The notes beneath the pieces were generated by a model that saw only the letters and a list, made by a program, of their open reading frames with translations, ran no database searches and was not told the origin of the DNA. The position numbers and the translations under genes were made by a program. 64,000 nucleotides of DNA from Trichosphaerium sp. ATCC 40318. Lineage: Eukaryota > Protista > Tubulinea. Location: positions 62,001 to 126,000 of the forward strand of contig JALMLS010000309.1 of NCBI GenBank assembly GCA_038496445.1, given 5' to 3'. Of the stretch, positions 1 to 13,393 are shown one piece after another (within the stretch, counting starts at the first letter, position 1; the number at the start of each line of letters is the position of its first letter).

Positions 1-278
1 GTAGTTTCTTGACATTTATTATATATCTTACAGACGATTTTGAAGACGGTTGGACAACATTCTATCCACAAAGAAATAAACCTATTCGTGTTAAGCCAGA
101 AAAAGGTAAGGAAGCCTAAACAATATTTCATCAGTATCAGATTTCTCACTACTGTGTATTAGGAATGGCTCTATTATTCTATCACAGTCACCCTCTTAGT
201 CCATTACATGAAGGTAGTCTTTGTCATAACGGCAAGAAGTATGTTCTAAGATCAGATGTCATGTATCGTTATCCATAA
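1..278 (+). CDS. 2OG-Fe(II) oxygenase (prolyl 4-hydroxylase-like), 3' part, tandem copy 1; 5' end lies outside the window
   Basis: Spliced translation SFLTFIIYLTDDFEDGWTTFY...GMALLFYHSHPLSPLHEGSLCHNGKKYVLRSDVMYRYP* contains the distal His and 2OG-binding motif. Closely similar to 1275-1546. Confidence 0.85.
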
Positions 279-629
279 TAATAAAAGTGTTTGTATTTTT
301 TAGATAATTCTTTTTTCTGTTTTTACAATGAGCTGTCGTACTCCTTATACCAACCATGAAGGAGGCAATAAAACAACTTTTGCGCTTACAATGTCAAATG
401 ATGAAAGTCCAATAAGTATTGTGTTAAATTAAGTCACGTCATATTCTTTTGTCAAAAAAAAAAAGAATAAAGAAGTACTTTGTGAATGGTTTTATCGGGC
501 ACAGTACAGTTGTACGAATTCGTACCACCAACTGCAAAAAAACCATACACCTTTACCTTGTGTTTTAAGTTAACACTTGTTTAGTTGAAAACTGGTGAGT
601 TATTGAATTCAGTTATTCTATTCTTACAA

Positions 630-1546
630 ATGAAACTCATGGCAACGAAGGCATACTCAATTAGTGTACGAGGGAAAGAAAGTGGCATCAACGTTTACCA
701 AACCAAACCCAACAGCATACAATACGCTACGAACAGTAAAAAAGTGACGAAGACAGACATTGACAACGTTAAAGGCGCATTTGTACTTCGTAATGTCTTA
801 ACTCCAAATGAATGTGCTCAATACGTTAACATCACTGAAGAAATGGTAAACACTCCTTCGTGTACACTCTAACCGAAATTTTAGAGTTATGATTTGGCAT
901 ACGTTACTGGCAAATACGGTATGCAAGCAAGGACAGATATTCGTAATAACAAACGTGTCATTTGGCAAAGTGATGACAGTGTGAGTTTATGAGCTCAATA
1001 AAGTCATTTTTTCGCTGATTGGCTTTAATAGATTTGGGCTCCTATCTATGAACGCATCGCTGATCTTGTACCAAAAAATGTTGAACATAATGCTTTAGAT
1101 TGGAGGGTGTGTGGTTTAAATGAACGGCTTCGATTTTATCGTTATGAAGAGGTGAGAACATTTTTTCTTTTATTCAAAGTTGAAAAAGTATAGATAAAAT
1201 CCACTAACTTGTTGTTCAGGGTGAAGAGTTTGTGAAGCACAAGGACGGGTGTTATACGAGGAACGAGAAAGAACGTAGTTTCTTGACATTTATTTTATAC
1301 CTTACAGACGATTTTGAAGGCGGTTGGACAACATTCTACCCAAGAAATAAACCTATTATGGTAAAGCCAGAAAAAGGTAACGGAAAAACAATATTATTTA
1401 GTGGCAGATTTCTCACGTTACTGGTATCAGGAATGGCTCTAGCTTTCTATCATAGGCATCCTCTTAGTCCATTACATGAAGGTAGTCATTGTCATAGCGG
1501 CAAGAAGTATGTTCTTAGATCCGATGTCATGTATCGTTATTCATAA
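630..1546 (+). CDS. 2OG-Fe(II) oxygenase (prolyl 4-hydroxylase-like), tandem copy 2, multi-exon
   Basis: AFVLRNVLTPNEC, GLNERLRFYRY, HKD (HxD), LHEG and KYVLRSDVMY motifs, joined by GT-AG introns. Start at 630 or 639. Confidence 0.85.
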
Positions 1547-1924
1547 TAAATGGTTTCTATTTTTAAGTTCTTTTTTTTCTGTATTGCAACGACTCGACTC
1601 CTTTACGCCAAAGTTGATGAAGGTAAATCTCATAGCTATAAAACAACGTAAAATGGAAAAAACCAAGAAGTACATCGAAGTAATTAAATATCACGTGTCA
1701 TAATCGTTTTTGTCAAAAAAAAGAAAAGAAAAGGGATCGATAGATCCATACTTTTTGTGAATTGTTTTTTATTATTCAAGCATTGGATGTGGGTCACTCT
1801 TTCATTATGAATTTTTCTCTATATCTACAATTGTAGCTTGATCTTTTTGGGTTTTCTTTTTAAACCACCCCTGAACTCTTGTTTTTTTTTTCTATTTTTT
1901 CTCTTTCTTCTTTTGTTTTGGAAC

Positions 1925-3663
1925 TTAGTAGTCATCATATACAGAAGCCTCACTGCCATTATCCATCCTTTGTTTCTCCGCTTCCGCCTCAAGCTCTCTT
2001 TTACGCTGTAATAGTAGTTCTCTCTTTTTAAGCAATAACTGTTGCATTCTTGCACGCATCTCATGTTCACTTGCTTCAACGCCACCTGCCAAGTAAGGAC
2101 TAAACAAATACATTAATAATAGAACCATTGTAAGCGTTGTGTGTTTTGGCTAGATTTTTTGTAGTTACGTGGTGCCCTCTACTCGCCTTGTTGTTTCGTT
2201 CATTGGGTTATAATCATCAGAGTCGTCAGCCATAACGCCATTTGATTTTTTGACACTACAAACAAGGTTAAACGGTGAAACATTAAAAAAGACTATTATC
2301 GTACGATTCTGTGCGTGTACGCTTTGCTTTTCCTGCTCTCCCTGTGTTAGATTTACGTCGTCTCTTCTTTCTTTGAGGCTCTTCGTATGGCATGTCATCT
2401 TTACCCAATACAACTGGTTGTACGTATGAATAATCCCTATTGACAGGCTTTAGCGGTTTTTTGTAGAATTCTTCGTGTAATCGGTTATTATCAATAAAAC
2501 GCATCAAATAACAACACTGCATCGTAAATTTAACGTGTACAGAGCGTTTTAAGATTTGTTTTGAGATTTGTTATTTTTCGCAACTTACTGTGGTTCTTCT
2601 GCTGCAACAACAGGTACAGAAGGAGCGATAACAGGCTGTGCTAGAGGAGCAAGGTCTCTTCTTGGGGCAACCTCTATTGCGCCTTGAGAGAATAATTTTG
2701 ATTTGCTGCTATTGCGGTACAAGTGAGCGTCAAAACCAACTCCGAATTACGCAACAGAGACGTTTGTCAAAAAAAGAAAAGAAAAAAAAAATCAGGAACT
2801 GCTGCGTACAAATCTTCTTCGTGTTTGCCTAGCGCTTTTAGCTCCTCATCTTGTGATAGACGCAATATCTCTGCCTCATGTCTAAAGGGAAAAGTGAGAT
2901 TCTGTTCATGTCATTGTGTGAAGGTTACCGTGATTCAGTGATGTCAAGACTGGATCTTAGTTCTACGTAGCGTGAATAAGAGGCGTATGGTTAAAGAAAA
3001 TGGCTCGTTAGACGTTTGGATACAAAACCAAAAAATTAAAGAAAATTGTCGTGTTAGTAACACGTAAAATAGCATTTAGAGATAGTATTAGTGGATTTGA
3101 AGCGGTACAAGCAATACGATTTTATGAAATAATTTGACTGGCCAGAAAATGGCTTTATGATAAATTAGACGCTTGTTTAGACCGTTTGAAGCGGTTTTAC
3201 AGTGAACAAATAGGAATTTTTAATTTTTTTTTTGAATAACACAACAAAGCGGTAAAAAGGTACGTGCGCTAACTAGAATCATACCTTTAAGGATTAGGTC
3301 CTTTTTCCATGTAAGTTCTCCTTTGGCGTAAAATGCAGTTAATACTGAAGTATACGCGTCAAGCTCTATAAATCAAGTCAGAACAATAAATTAGACGCGT
3401 TATTAACTATTAGTAGAGTTGCAAAAACTAATAACAAAATGCACACCTAGTTGCCGTTTGGAAGTGTATGTTGGTTTTGAGGCGCCATTAGGTACTTCAG
3501 TTACTATAGGTGTAACCGGAGGAGGGATTTCAATTTTTTCCTCGACAGGAGCAACAGGAGCGACAGTAGGCTCGCTCTCTGCTTTAACTTGTGTTTTGAG
3601 CGTTATTGTTTTGGCAGCAGGAGAAGGTGACGTTTCCATAGGCTCCATTTTACTGCCGTCCAT
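1925..3663 (-). CDS. ENT (EMSY N-terminal) domain protein with C-terminal coiled coil
   Basis: Spliced exons read KRQLELDAYTSVLTAFYAKGELTWKKDLILKELRSSLDITESRHEAEILRLSQDEEL, which fits the ENT consensus. NLS-like RKKRRRK; ends YDDY*. Confidence 0.8.
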
Positions 3664-3915
3664 TAAATACCGTTACACTTTTCAAAAAGGTAAACTGGAT
3701 GAAATTTCACCTTATTTCGAAATGATGTTCTCACAATTTTTTCTTCAAGCAGGCTTAACTTGGATTTTCTTTTGTGAGGCTTTTTTTGGCATTTTATATA
3801 CTCCACGTGTAACATAATGATTACTTTCGCGTGTCACTGTTCCCTAAAGTTAGTTTACTTTATAAGCACCATAATTGAAGACGTTCAAAGTACAAGACTG
3901 TAGAATTATACCAAA

Positions 3916-5685
3916 ATGGATTTATCTGCAACTGTATACATTGGATCTACTGAGAAAGGGTTAGTTGATGGCGATGGGGACACTTCACGCTTCGATTTGG
4001 TACGTATTCTACATGCTTTGGTGATATCTCATTTCTGTAGCCTAGGGACATTTTATTTGATGCGTTAGGCAATTTGATCGTACTTGACAGCGCAAATCAT
4101 CGTATACGCATTATAAATAAGAAACGTGTGGTTACAACGCTAGCGGGGTCTTCTATAGGTACGTCAAGCGCAAAAACCTGCGGACTATCTTAAAACACGT
4201 TTTTGTATTCTATTTACCCATTGAATAGGCATGCGTGATGAGGAGGGACTAAAAGCTAAGTTTAATTTCCCCACTGCGATAGCTTTGGACAAAGAAGGAA
4301 ATTTTTACATTACAGAGCCTGAAAATCATCGCGTACGTAAAGTATCCCATGATTTTCAGGTATCTACGCTTGCTGGTGCGTTATTTCTGCTTTTTAAAGC
4401 TTTTTCTGTCTTGAAAATACATTAAAACGGAAAGAAATAGCCTTGTCTTATATGTTGTTAAAGGAAGTGATTGGGGTCATGTTGACGCGTCAGGGCATAG
4501 TGCAAAATTTCAGGGACCTGCTGGTATTGTTTAGATGATGTTAGTCACGTGTTAAGTGTAATTTTAGGTATTGCAGTTGATGATAAAGGAGTAGTTTATG
4601 TTTCTCAAATGAGAAACCATAAAATTCGAAAGATTGAGCCTTCTGGTGCCACAACCACTTTTGCAGGTTCTACAAAAGGCTTAAAAGGTACGCATACATT
4701 AGTTATATAGCACCTATAATTATGAGGTGCTTTCAACAGACAGAAAGGTCGACAACACGTCAAAATGACAAACTTTTTTTTTTATTTATTGAGTCTGTTT
4801 TCGCTCAAGAACTCTGTAGATGGCAGCCTTGATGACGCTCAATTTTCTTGGCCTTCTGCATTAGTTCTTTCTCCAGATGGGAAGCTCCTTTACATAGCAG
4901 ATACAGAAAACAACGCTATTAGATACATAGACTTGGAAAAAAATACAACTAGTACACTCGCTGGTGGTTCACGTGGTAAAGATGATGGAAAAGGTAAAAT
5001 GGTTATTTTTGGAAAACCTTTGTTAACTTTTTGTCATTAAAGGTAGTGAAGCTAAATTCAATGAGCCTTATGGTATGACAATTGATAAGGAAGGTAATAT
5101 ATATGTTGCAGATTCTAGAAACAACGCAATAAGGAAAGTTTCACCTGAGGTATGTTGGCACTGAGGTTTTATTAGTTTTTTTTTAAACCGTTGTTTGGTA
5201 CTCTCCAATGATTTTTTGTATTAATGATTTGTTTTTATAGGGCTCTGTATCTACGTTACAACTATCACTTAGTTTAAATGAACCTTTGGGCGTCGCTTTG
5301 GATGGAGAAGGAAGCTTGTTTGTAGCTGACACGAATAATCACAGAATTGTTGAAGTAGACTTAAACAGTACGTTTTAAAATGACCGTAACATTCGGTGAC
5401 TGATAATTTTGGTCTAGGTGAGTCAGCAAAAGATGTGAGCGTAGAATTATCAGATCTGAAGAAAGACTACGAGGCACTTGTAAAAGAGAATGAAAAATTA
5501 AAGCAAAACTCAGAAACTGCTACAAAAGAAGAAGGGAGCAGCACTTTCTTTGGTAACCACTTCGCTTAAAATCTGCTTTGTACTTACTCTTATGAATAGT
5601 GTTACCTTTTTTACTTGGTATTGGCGTAATTACTGGAGCCTTTTTTGCTGTTAAAGCGCTACAATCGCGTGTTAACGTAAACTAA
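3916..5685 (+). CDS. NHL-repeat beta-propeller protein with short coiled coil and C-terminal transmembrane helix
   Basis: Repeated AxFxxPxG(I/L)xxDxxGNxY(V/I)ADxxNxxIRK units across exons. Last exon reads LPFLLGIGVITGAFFAVKALQSRVNVN*. Confidence 0.85.
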
Positions 5686-5962
5686 AAAAGCACGAGTTCG
5701 GAAAAGAAAAATAGGGAAAAACAAACACCAAGAATATTGTAATAATTAAAACAAGATTAAAACAGGAAAGTAAACTGGTTAATCTTTTTTACTATTAAGC
5801 AAAACTTTTCAGCAATGTATAGTACTTATCAGAGAGACAACGATTTGAGGTTGTTCGAGTTCTTACAGCATTTCAGCAAGATATTGTTCAACTTTTTAAG
5901 TCAACCTTTCAGTGTTTTTTTTCGTTTATTGCTCAAACACAAAGTATCAAAACAACTCAACA

Positions 5963-7582
5963 ATGGATTTTGTGGGTGTTTCAGTTGAACAAGCGCTTGC
6001 TTACTATCGCGAGAACCGCTCAGAAGCGTTTAATGTCAAAATAACAAAGAACCGCGAGATTTTCATCAAACAGCTTGAAAATGCATTAAAAATCATGAAT
6101 AAAGGCATAACACAACAGCTTGATAAGTTTCTTCTTTTACAAGAACCGAATACTGTCGAAAACATGAAGAATAAACCTGCGTTGCATTGTAAGGATGTCA
6201 CATTGCCAAAAAGCAAACAAACAAGAGAGTACGTTCAAAAAAAGCCTCAGCAATTGACTCAGATTATCGATTTCTTCGAGTTTGGTCACGTGATAAAAAA
6301 TATTATCGAAACGAAAGGTTATCGATAATCTGCGTCAATTCCTCATGCACAATACTGGCAATTGTTTTGTTTGTGCTAATGTTACACAAGGAGTGAACCT
6401 CTGATACGCAAAGAACCAAATATACTTGACTTTCCACCAGAGATTATTTCAAACATTCTATTCGATACAGAAGGAGAAACAAGATTTTCTGTTGCTCAAT
6501 CGTGTCATCTGATGTGTGATATCATTCATGATGTTGTCGGGTATGAAAAGGTGTTTATCAAGGGTGTTTTGGATATTGTAAAGATAAGACAGTACAAGGG
6601 TATCATAAACAATACAGATATTCGAATAATTGGGTTGCAAGATACCATGTATTCATTGCTAGCTGGCGCTCGAAGTATTCACTTAAGGTATTCTCCCCGG
6701 ATTAAAGATAAAGATCTGATAGCATTAGCTGGCGTTCATACCATTTTCTTAAGCCACTGTGCAGATATTACAAATCGTGGTATTAAAGCACTCAAAGGTG
6801 TCCATACAATAGATATTAGTTGTACTTCAGTAACAGATGAGGGTCTTAAAGCACTAAATGGGGTTCACACTATTAATCTTGTCCGTACTTCAGTAACAGA
6901 TGAAGGTATAATGGCGCTCAAAGGAGTTCACACTATTGACCTTAGCCATACTTCAATAACAGATAAGGGTGTTAAAGCACTTAAAGGGGTACACACAATT
7001 AATCTTAACTGTACTCGAGTAACAGATGAAGGAGTTAAAGCACTTAAAGGAGTTCATAATATATTGCTTGGCTGTACTTCAGTAACAGATGAGGGTATTA
7101 AAGCACTAAAAGGAGCCCATACCATCTATCTTAGTAGGACCTCAGTAACAGATGAAGGTATAATGGCACTCAAAGGAGTTCACACTATTGACCTTAGCCA
7201 TACTTCAATAACAGATAAGGGTGTTAAAGCACTTAAAGGGGTTCACACTATTGATCTTCGCTTTACTTCAGTAACAGATGAGGGTGTTAAAGCACTTAAA
7301 GGGGTTCACACTATTAATCTTGTCCGTACTTCAGTAACAGATGAAGGTATAATGGCACTCAAAGGAGTTCACACTATTGACCTTAGCCATACTTCAATAA
7401 CAGATGAAGGAGTTAAAGCACTTGAAAGGGTTCATCACATTTGTTTATCCAGATGTAGATATATAACAGATGAGGGTATCAAAGCGCTCAAAGGCGTTCA
7501 CACCATCATGCTCAAAGGTACTTCAGTTACAAATGAATGTATACAAATGATGAGAGCCAAAGGGGTGTACATAGTACTGTAG
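5963..7582 (+). CDS. F-box/LRR protein, copy A (exons 5963-6228 and 6391-7582)
   Basis: A GTACGT...CAAG intron (6229-6390) joins the two track ORFs in frame. F-box ILDFPPEIISNILF...FSVAQSCHLMCDII, then ~14 LRRs of consensus KGVHTIxLxxTSVTDEGIKAL. Confidence 0.88.
6730..7535 (+). repeat. Tandem array of 66-nt (occasionally 69-nt) LRR-coding modules
   Basis: Recurrent ...acttcagtaacagatga(a/g)gg...aaagcact... framework with a 66-nt period. Confidence 0.95.
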
Positions 7583-8655
7583 TAGAATTATGACATTGTT
7601 ACAAAGACCAATACAAGCAAGTTCTGAATATTTTGACAACTGACTTCAATCTTTTCAGTACGTATGACCAATAAAATAGAAGAGTGTTAACCAGTTTGTT
7701 GACAAAAATGAAAAGGAAAAGCTGTCAATGTCAAAAACTATCTCGTTAATCTCAAAGACCTCAGAGTTGTTTTTGTTCATTACATTGAGTATGTAGTTCG
7801 TTTTAACTGGGAAAAAACCTAGTTGCTTGCTAGCACCTATCTCACCAAATACAAGGTATAGAATAATGAAGTAAACAACTGGATTGGTGTTAATCGTTTT
7901 TATCGAAACAGTGGGTAATCTCCATTGGTAGCATTCCAAAATGTATGAAAGTTCGAACTGACAATTAAGTGTCACATCTTTTGGTTCGATTAATGAAACA
8001 ATAAATGTGAACATGGTACCATAGACATCAGGTTCTAAATATTTTGGTGGCTCTTCAATAGCTCAAGAATGTATGAATTCATAGGCACCTCCTTTTTTAA
8101 CAGTCACCTTTCTTTGTTGATCGGCCTTAAGGCAATGTCAAAAAGCAAAGAATGTTAGGCTAAAATTGTCATATACATGCCTCACGTGATCACTTGGATG
8201 ACTTACGCTTATATATTCATGGCTTATTCGTTGTTTTGCTCTTTCCTTATTCGCTAGATCTAGGTTCTTGTAAATTAACTGATCGTTCACATATTGGCTC
8301 CGTGATGTTTCGTGTAGACTATGTAAACCATTATCGATGTCTATAGTCTATTGGGATGTTATTATCACATGAAGTAACTCGAAGTCTATTCAAGATGTTT
8401 CACACCACGAGATACACTCACTTACTAGAAACGCTCATCTGAGACATTGTAACACGTCATGTAATAAACAGATTTAAGCGTTACAACATCTCTTACAAAA
8501 ATAACATTGTTATATCAAATGTAACATAAAACAAGTTGAAGTCCTAATAATTTTCGGAAGTTCAGAGAATCTCACTTGCACAAGTTTTTTCTCAAATGTA
8601 CTCAAAAGTCGGAATTTCCGATTATTTTTGAACGAATCGACAACCAAGGGAATCA

Positions 8656-11600
8656 ATGCTTAATATATCCTCTATTGTATGTATGGTTATTATAGCGACT
8701 ATTATTACCTGCGAATGCAGGGTATACCATATGAAACCGAACGGAACGGGAAATGGTACCTCAGAAGAATTGTACGGCGCCTTTTCGCTTAGATGTAGGT
8801 TTTATACTCGTTTACTGATTCATGTCAAAAGGGCTGCAGGAAGTTTCAATTCTCTGGCGGTATTAACAGGAGGTGATACTGTACTAGTGTATGGTGGAAA
8901 CTATACGTCTTTTTATAGTTGCTCGTATGATAACACAACAATAACCCCGCTATTGGCATCGTTTAAAGGATCCATAGGGAACCACATCATCATTAAGAAC
9001 AAACCAGGTAACCAAAAGGCGCTAGAGAAAAAACCAAGTATTGAATCGCCTTAAAATGAGTCTACGTGGTACTAATGTTTGTTCTAGGCGAAGAGCCTTG
9101 GTTTTTCCTAGATTTCGAAGATGGTTGCGTAATAAGTACCTTTGACGAGTACCACAACAGGTTTATTTGGGATTGGACGACGTTACACTTTAAAGCTTTG
9201 AGTCACGTAACATTTGAAGGCATTAACCTTGGTTCCAGTATATGTACGCGCGTAAACAGCTCGGGATTTCTGAGGGCAGCATCGCTTTTGACAGTTTCAG
9301 AAATTTCACAATTTTTGAGAAAAAGTGTTTTGAAAAAAATTGCTTGACTGTCGGTACTTTTCCTCAGCATAGCATAAATTACTCGCAAATTAAGTTTTAC
9401 TCCTATAAGTATAGAATCCTATATACATGTTCAAAATAGCAATTTAAGTTTAAGACGGTTCTGAAGTGAGTAAAAACCTCTCAAAGAATTCTATAATTCC
9501 CATAAATATCAAAAATCAACAATTTTATTTTTTTCCAAGAAACAGTCTCAAAAGCGATGCTACCCCGAGAAATAGTTTAAAACTCCAAACAGTATCAAAA
9601 ATGATGCTGCCCCGAGAAATAGTTTTAAACTCCAAACTGAAATATTCTTTTTTTTAAGCTCGAGGCTTCAGCTGTGAAGGATGTGTTGATGTTTTATACA
9701 CAAAATCAAAGTTGCGCAATTGTGGTAGAAATTGTGTGATTATCATGTCTAATTCTGTAAATGTTACACTTAAGGACTTGGATATATTACCAGGAAAAGG
9801 TGAGTCTACAAGAGGATATGGTGTAACATCAAAAACTAATTTTTTGTTTGAAGATTTCGAAATAGAGGGCTTATTTCTTGGAGGTACAGTCAAATATATC
9901 TATCTGTGAACTGTTTATTTATAGTTTTTAAGGTGTCAAGGTGTATGACAATTGTATCAGAACAATGATAATGAATGTATCAGTGTCAAATAGCAACAAA
10001 GATGGCGGATTTGGTATATGGATTACCAACTCATCTTCTACTGTACGTTACATTTCTTTATGTATTGTTTCCATTAGAGTTTGTGCTTACTTGATAGTAG
10101 ATTATACAGGATAATATGCTAGTAAATAACACCAATCAGATAACGTTAGAGCACTACACGCATGACACTGTTATAGAAAGGTATCAAAGCAACTAATACA
10201 AATGACAGAAATACAGCTATTTTTTTTGCTTTTGTTTTTTTTTGTACAACTGCTTTCTTCCTTTCTGAGTACAGGGCATTAATCGTGTTTTTAGGAATGT
10301 AATATCTGGCGGAAATTATGGTATTTTCCAACATTGTCCCGAATGGCATGATTGCTTCGACGACGATTATGAAGATTCCAATAATTATATTACTGAGAAT
10401 ACTCTAATATCAAACAACCTTTTTATAAATATAGCCAACCTGTCAAATAATATTGTGAAACCTGTTGGCGGTGGTGGATTTTATTATAATGTATTTCATA
10501 ACATCTACGATCATAAAGGTCTATTCCCTGGATTTTCTAGATGTTTTGATATACGGAACAACATTTTATCAGGGTATGTTTGTTTATCTTATTTTTTTCT
10601 TACATAATATGACCGGCTACAAAGCCTCTAATTTTTTCTGTTTATTTGTGTTTAAGTATAGCGTGATTACCTATTCTATGCTTATATTAAAACCTGTAGG
10701 GGAACCGTTGATTCAAGTACAGAACTGATATATCTACAGAACTGCAGACATACAATGAGTCATAACAACTTTCACAATGACACAGGCAAATACGGCTATG
10801 ATCTTGGCGTCAACTATAATGTTGATTCAGAATTTATATCTGAAATCACAGAAGATCCATCAAGCACCAGACTTAGTCCATCATCGCCTTTAATATATGC
10901 TGGGATAGGCGTTGTTGAAAAAACAGATTACGAAGGTAATCTACGTAGAAATAGCAATACAACACTAGGTGAGGTTCTTGTCTACTGTGTGAATAGCAGC
11001 TAACTTCAAGTGCCTTTTAGGTCTCTATAGAGAGTGCTTTAACATCGGACAGAGTGACGCTTGCATTACAGTAGGCACATTTGACATAGAGAGGAGAATT
11101 AGCCCAATAGATGGATCAAACATTAATGGTATTTAGGACTACCTTTGTCGGTTTATTTACCGTTTCTGTAGGAACTATCATTATTAATAATGACGCAACG
11201 CTTTCTTTAAATGGATCTGTAATATATGTGTTTACTAATAGTTGTGCTTCATTACAAGGTACAAACCCAGCTATACTTGAAACTATTAATTTGTTAAATT
11301 AAGGAACACTTCAAGTGAGTGCGGATAACTTCATAGAAGACCAGAACTACACTCTCTTGGAATTTCCTAAAGAGTGCGTTATAAGTGTTGAGAATATTAT
11401 TGTCACAAGTGACGACCCTTGTAAACAGCCTGAGCTTAATGTGGTTGGTATGATCAACTCTTTTTCTTTGTGTTTTAAACTAACTTGTTTCTACAGGCTC
11501 ATCATTGGTACTTGCCTTTTCTGCATCAAATAGATGTCAAGAACCCACTAATACAAGCAACTTAGTGTTTGTTATTAGTGGTTCATTGGGAGGCAGTATA

Positions 11601-11735
11601 CTAATTCTAGTTGTGTTGATAATTGTCATTGTTTTAATTTGGCAACCTGAATTCTTATTCCCTCACAGCTTGCGAAACAGGAAAAGATTTACATCGTCCA
11701 ATGATATTGGTACTATAAAAGTAGTAACAGAGTAA
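8656..11735 (+). CDS. Type I membrane protein with right-handed parallel beta-helix (pectin-lyase-like) ectodomain
   Basis: Signal peptide MLNISSIVCMVIIATIITCEC; GGDTVLVYGGNY; Asn/Ile-rich beta-helix-like exons; RLSPSSPLIYAG...DYEGNLR; C-terminal TM ISGSLGGSILILVVLIIVIVLIW and a short tail. Confidence 0.7.
9266..9633. repeat. Foldback-like element inside a long intron: 33-nt arm inverted against two tandem 47-nt units
   Basis: The reverse complement of 9266-9298 (gaaactgtcaaaagcgatgctgccctcagaaat) matches units 9540-9586 and 9587-9633. Confidence 0.6.
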
Positions 11736-12000
11736 AACCTACCGTAATATAATAAAGCCAAGTCACAGAAATAGTGTTGAAATTGTGTCACTACGAATAG
11801 TTCAAAGACTCTGACCGCAAGCATTGTCATAGGTGATGATTATTCTTCTTTTTTTGTGTAGATAATCACGTGACCTGTTGATGTAAGCATAGAAAAAGGC
11901 TCTAAGAGCGTGAATCCATCATCAAGCTGCTCCAACTTTCTACAATAGTCAACCAAATTCACGTGCCTTGTCGTTTGTTTACGCAGTGTTTGGTGAGAAC

Positions 12001-13234
12001 ATGTCTGGATTAAACACGTAAGAAAACGATCAAAACACTTGCTTCGTATGTATTCAGTGCTCAGTATTGTTTATGTTAGGTTCATATCTTTGCTCTTCAC
12101 ATTTGTTCTGGCGCACTCAGCTGCTAGAAACGGTAAGCAGATTAAACGATCGTTCATTTGGATAGTTTAATCTCTAATCGCTTGAATGATGTGTTTAACT
12201 TGCTTATTTACCTGTAGTACTCGATGGGCATGTTCATATTACTGATTTGACAAAATTATCATACACGTGGTACGTAGAGTTGTACAAAATTATCTTATAA
12301 CAGGATTCAGGCAAAAGACCTTACCAAAGCTTGATCACTCGTGGAGTTTGCAAAACTACACTTATGCAATAGATAAAGCTGAAGTGCAGTACGTAGTTTT
12401 CATAACAATAACAAGAATCCTCATAACAGCTATTTATAACAATCTGTGTAGACCCAATGTTGTTGTATTTATAGAGGTATCTGCTGTCAGCACAGATTGG
12501 GAGAAAGAAGTTGAGTGGGTACAAAGTGTAGCAGATGAGAATCCATCTCCTTCTATTGGAGCCATAATTGCCCACGCTCCTATTCAAATGGGGAAACAAG
12601 TCGCTCCAATACTAGACACCTATATTGCAAAGGCACCTCTACTCAGGGGTATACGTCAAGGAGAGGTACAAAGAAGATTTTTGATTCTTTTTGATAGTGT
12701 TAAGTTTTCTTTCATGTTAAGTCAGTGAATTTCTTTAACGACACATCTTTCTTGGAAGGACTTCAAGAACTTGGAAAACGTGGATTATCATTTGACTTAC
12801 TCCTAAGCGATATTAAAAAAGTATTACCAGTTGTAAAATCAGTACCAGGAACACGTTTCATCCTCGATCATATCGGGTCTCCAAAAATAGCACAAAACGA
12901 TTTTGATTCTTGGGCTGAAGATATTTCCTTGCTTGCTAAGTATCCAAATGTGTATTGCAAGGTTTCTGGTGTACCCAGCGAAGCTTCAGGAGGGTCTTAC
13001 GGGAATTGGACAATAGACGAAATACGTCCTTATGTTGTTCACGCAATCAAATCTTTTGGATATGAAAGATGCCTATTTGGTGGAAACTGGTTTTTTTTAA
13101 ATCTTGCGGGAACTTTTGTTCAGTGGTCACATGCTCTAGAATATATTTTGGATAAAGACTTACATGCCACTACAGAAGAAAAGGAGCTTATATATTGGAA
13201 AACTGGTGTAAAAGCATACAATGTAAACGTGTAA
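12001..13234 (+). CDS. Amidohydrolase superfamily protein (Amidohydro_2, sugar-lactonase-like) with predicted signal peptide
   Basis: DGHVH (HxH), LRGIR, GLSFDL, FILDHIGSP, NVYCKVSG and FGYERCLFGGNW motifs. Hydrophobic N-terminus FISLLFTFVLAHSAA. Confidence 0.8.
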
Positions 13235-13393
13235 TGAAAAAAAAGCAAGTTAGCTTTTGATCACAATACAATTCTTTCACCCACAAAAATTGTTGTCTAT
13301 GCCCTTCAGTTATTATCACTTGGAGTGAATAGCCCTTGACCATAAAAAAGTGTTGCTATAAAGTACAATGATTTAATTGTTTGAGCTAAGAGT

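Noticed and set aside
6730-7535. Regular conserved repeats with variable inserts resembling a CRISPR array
   Set aside because: They are in-frame LRR-coding modules in a eukaryotic gene; no cas genes and no unique spacers.
7655-8065. Minus-strand 119-aa ORF
   Set aside because: No recognisable motif or clear exon structure. It could be a gene remnant but this is unsupported.
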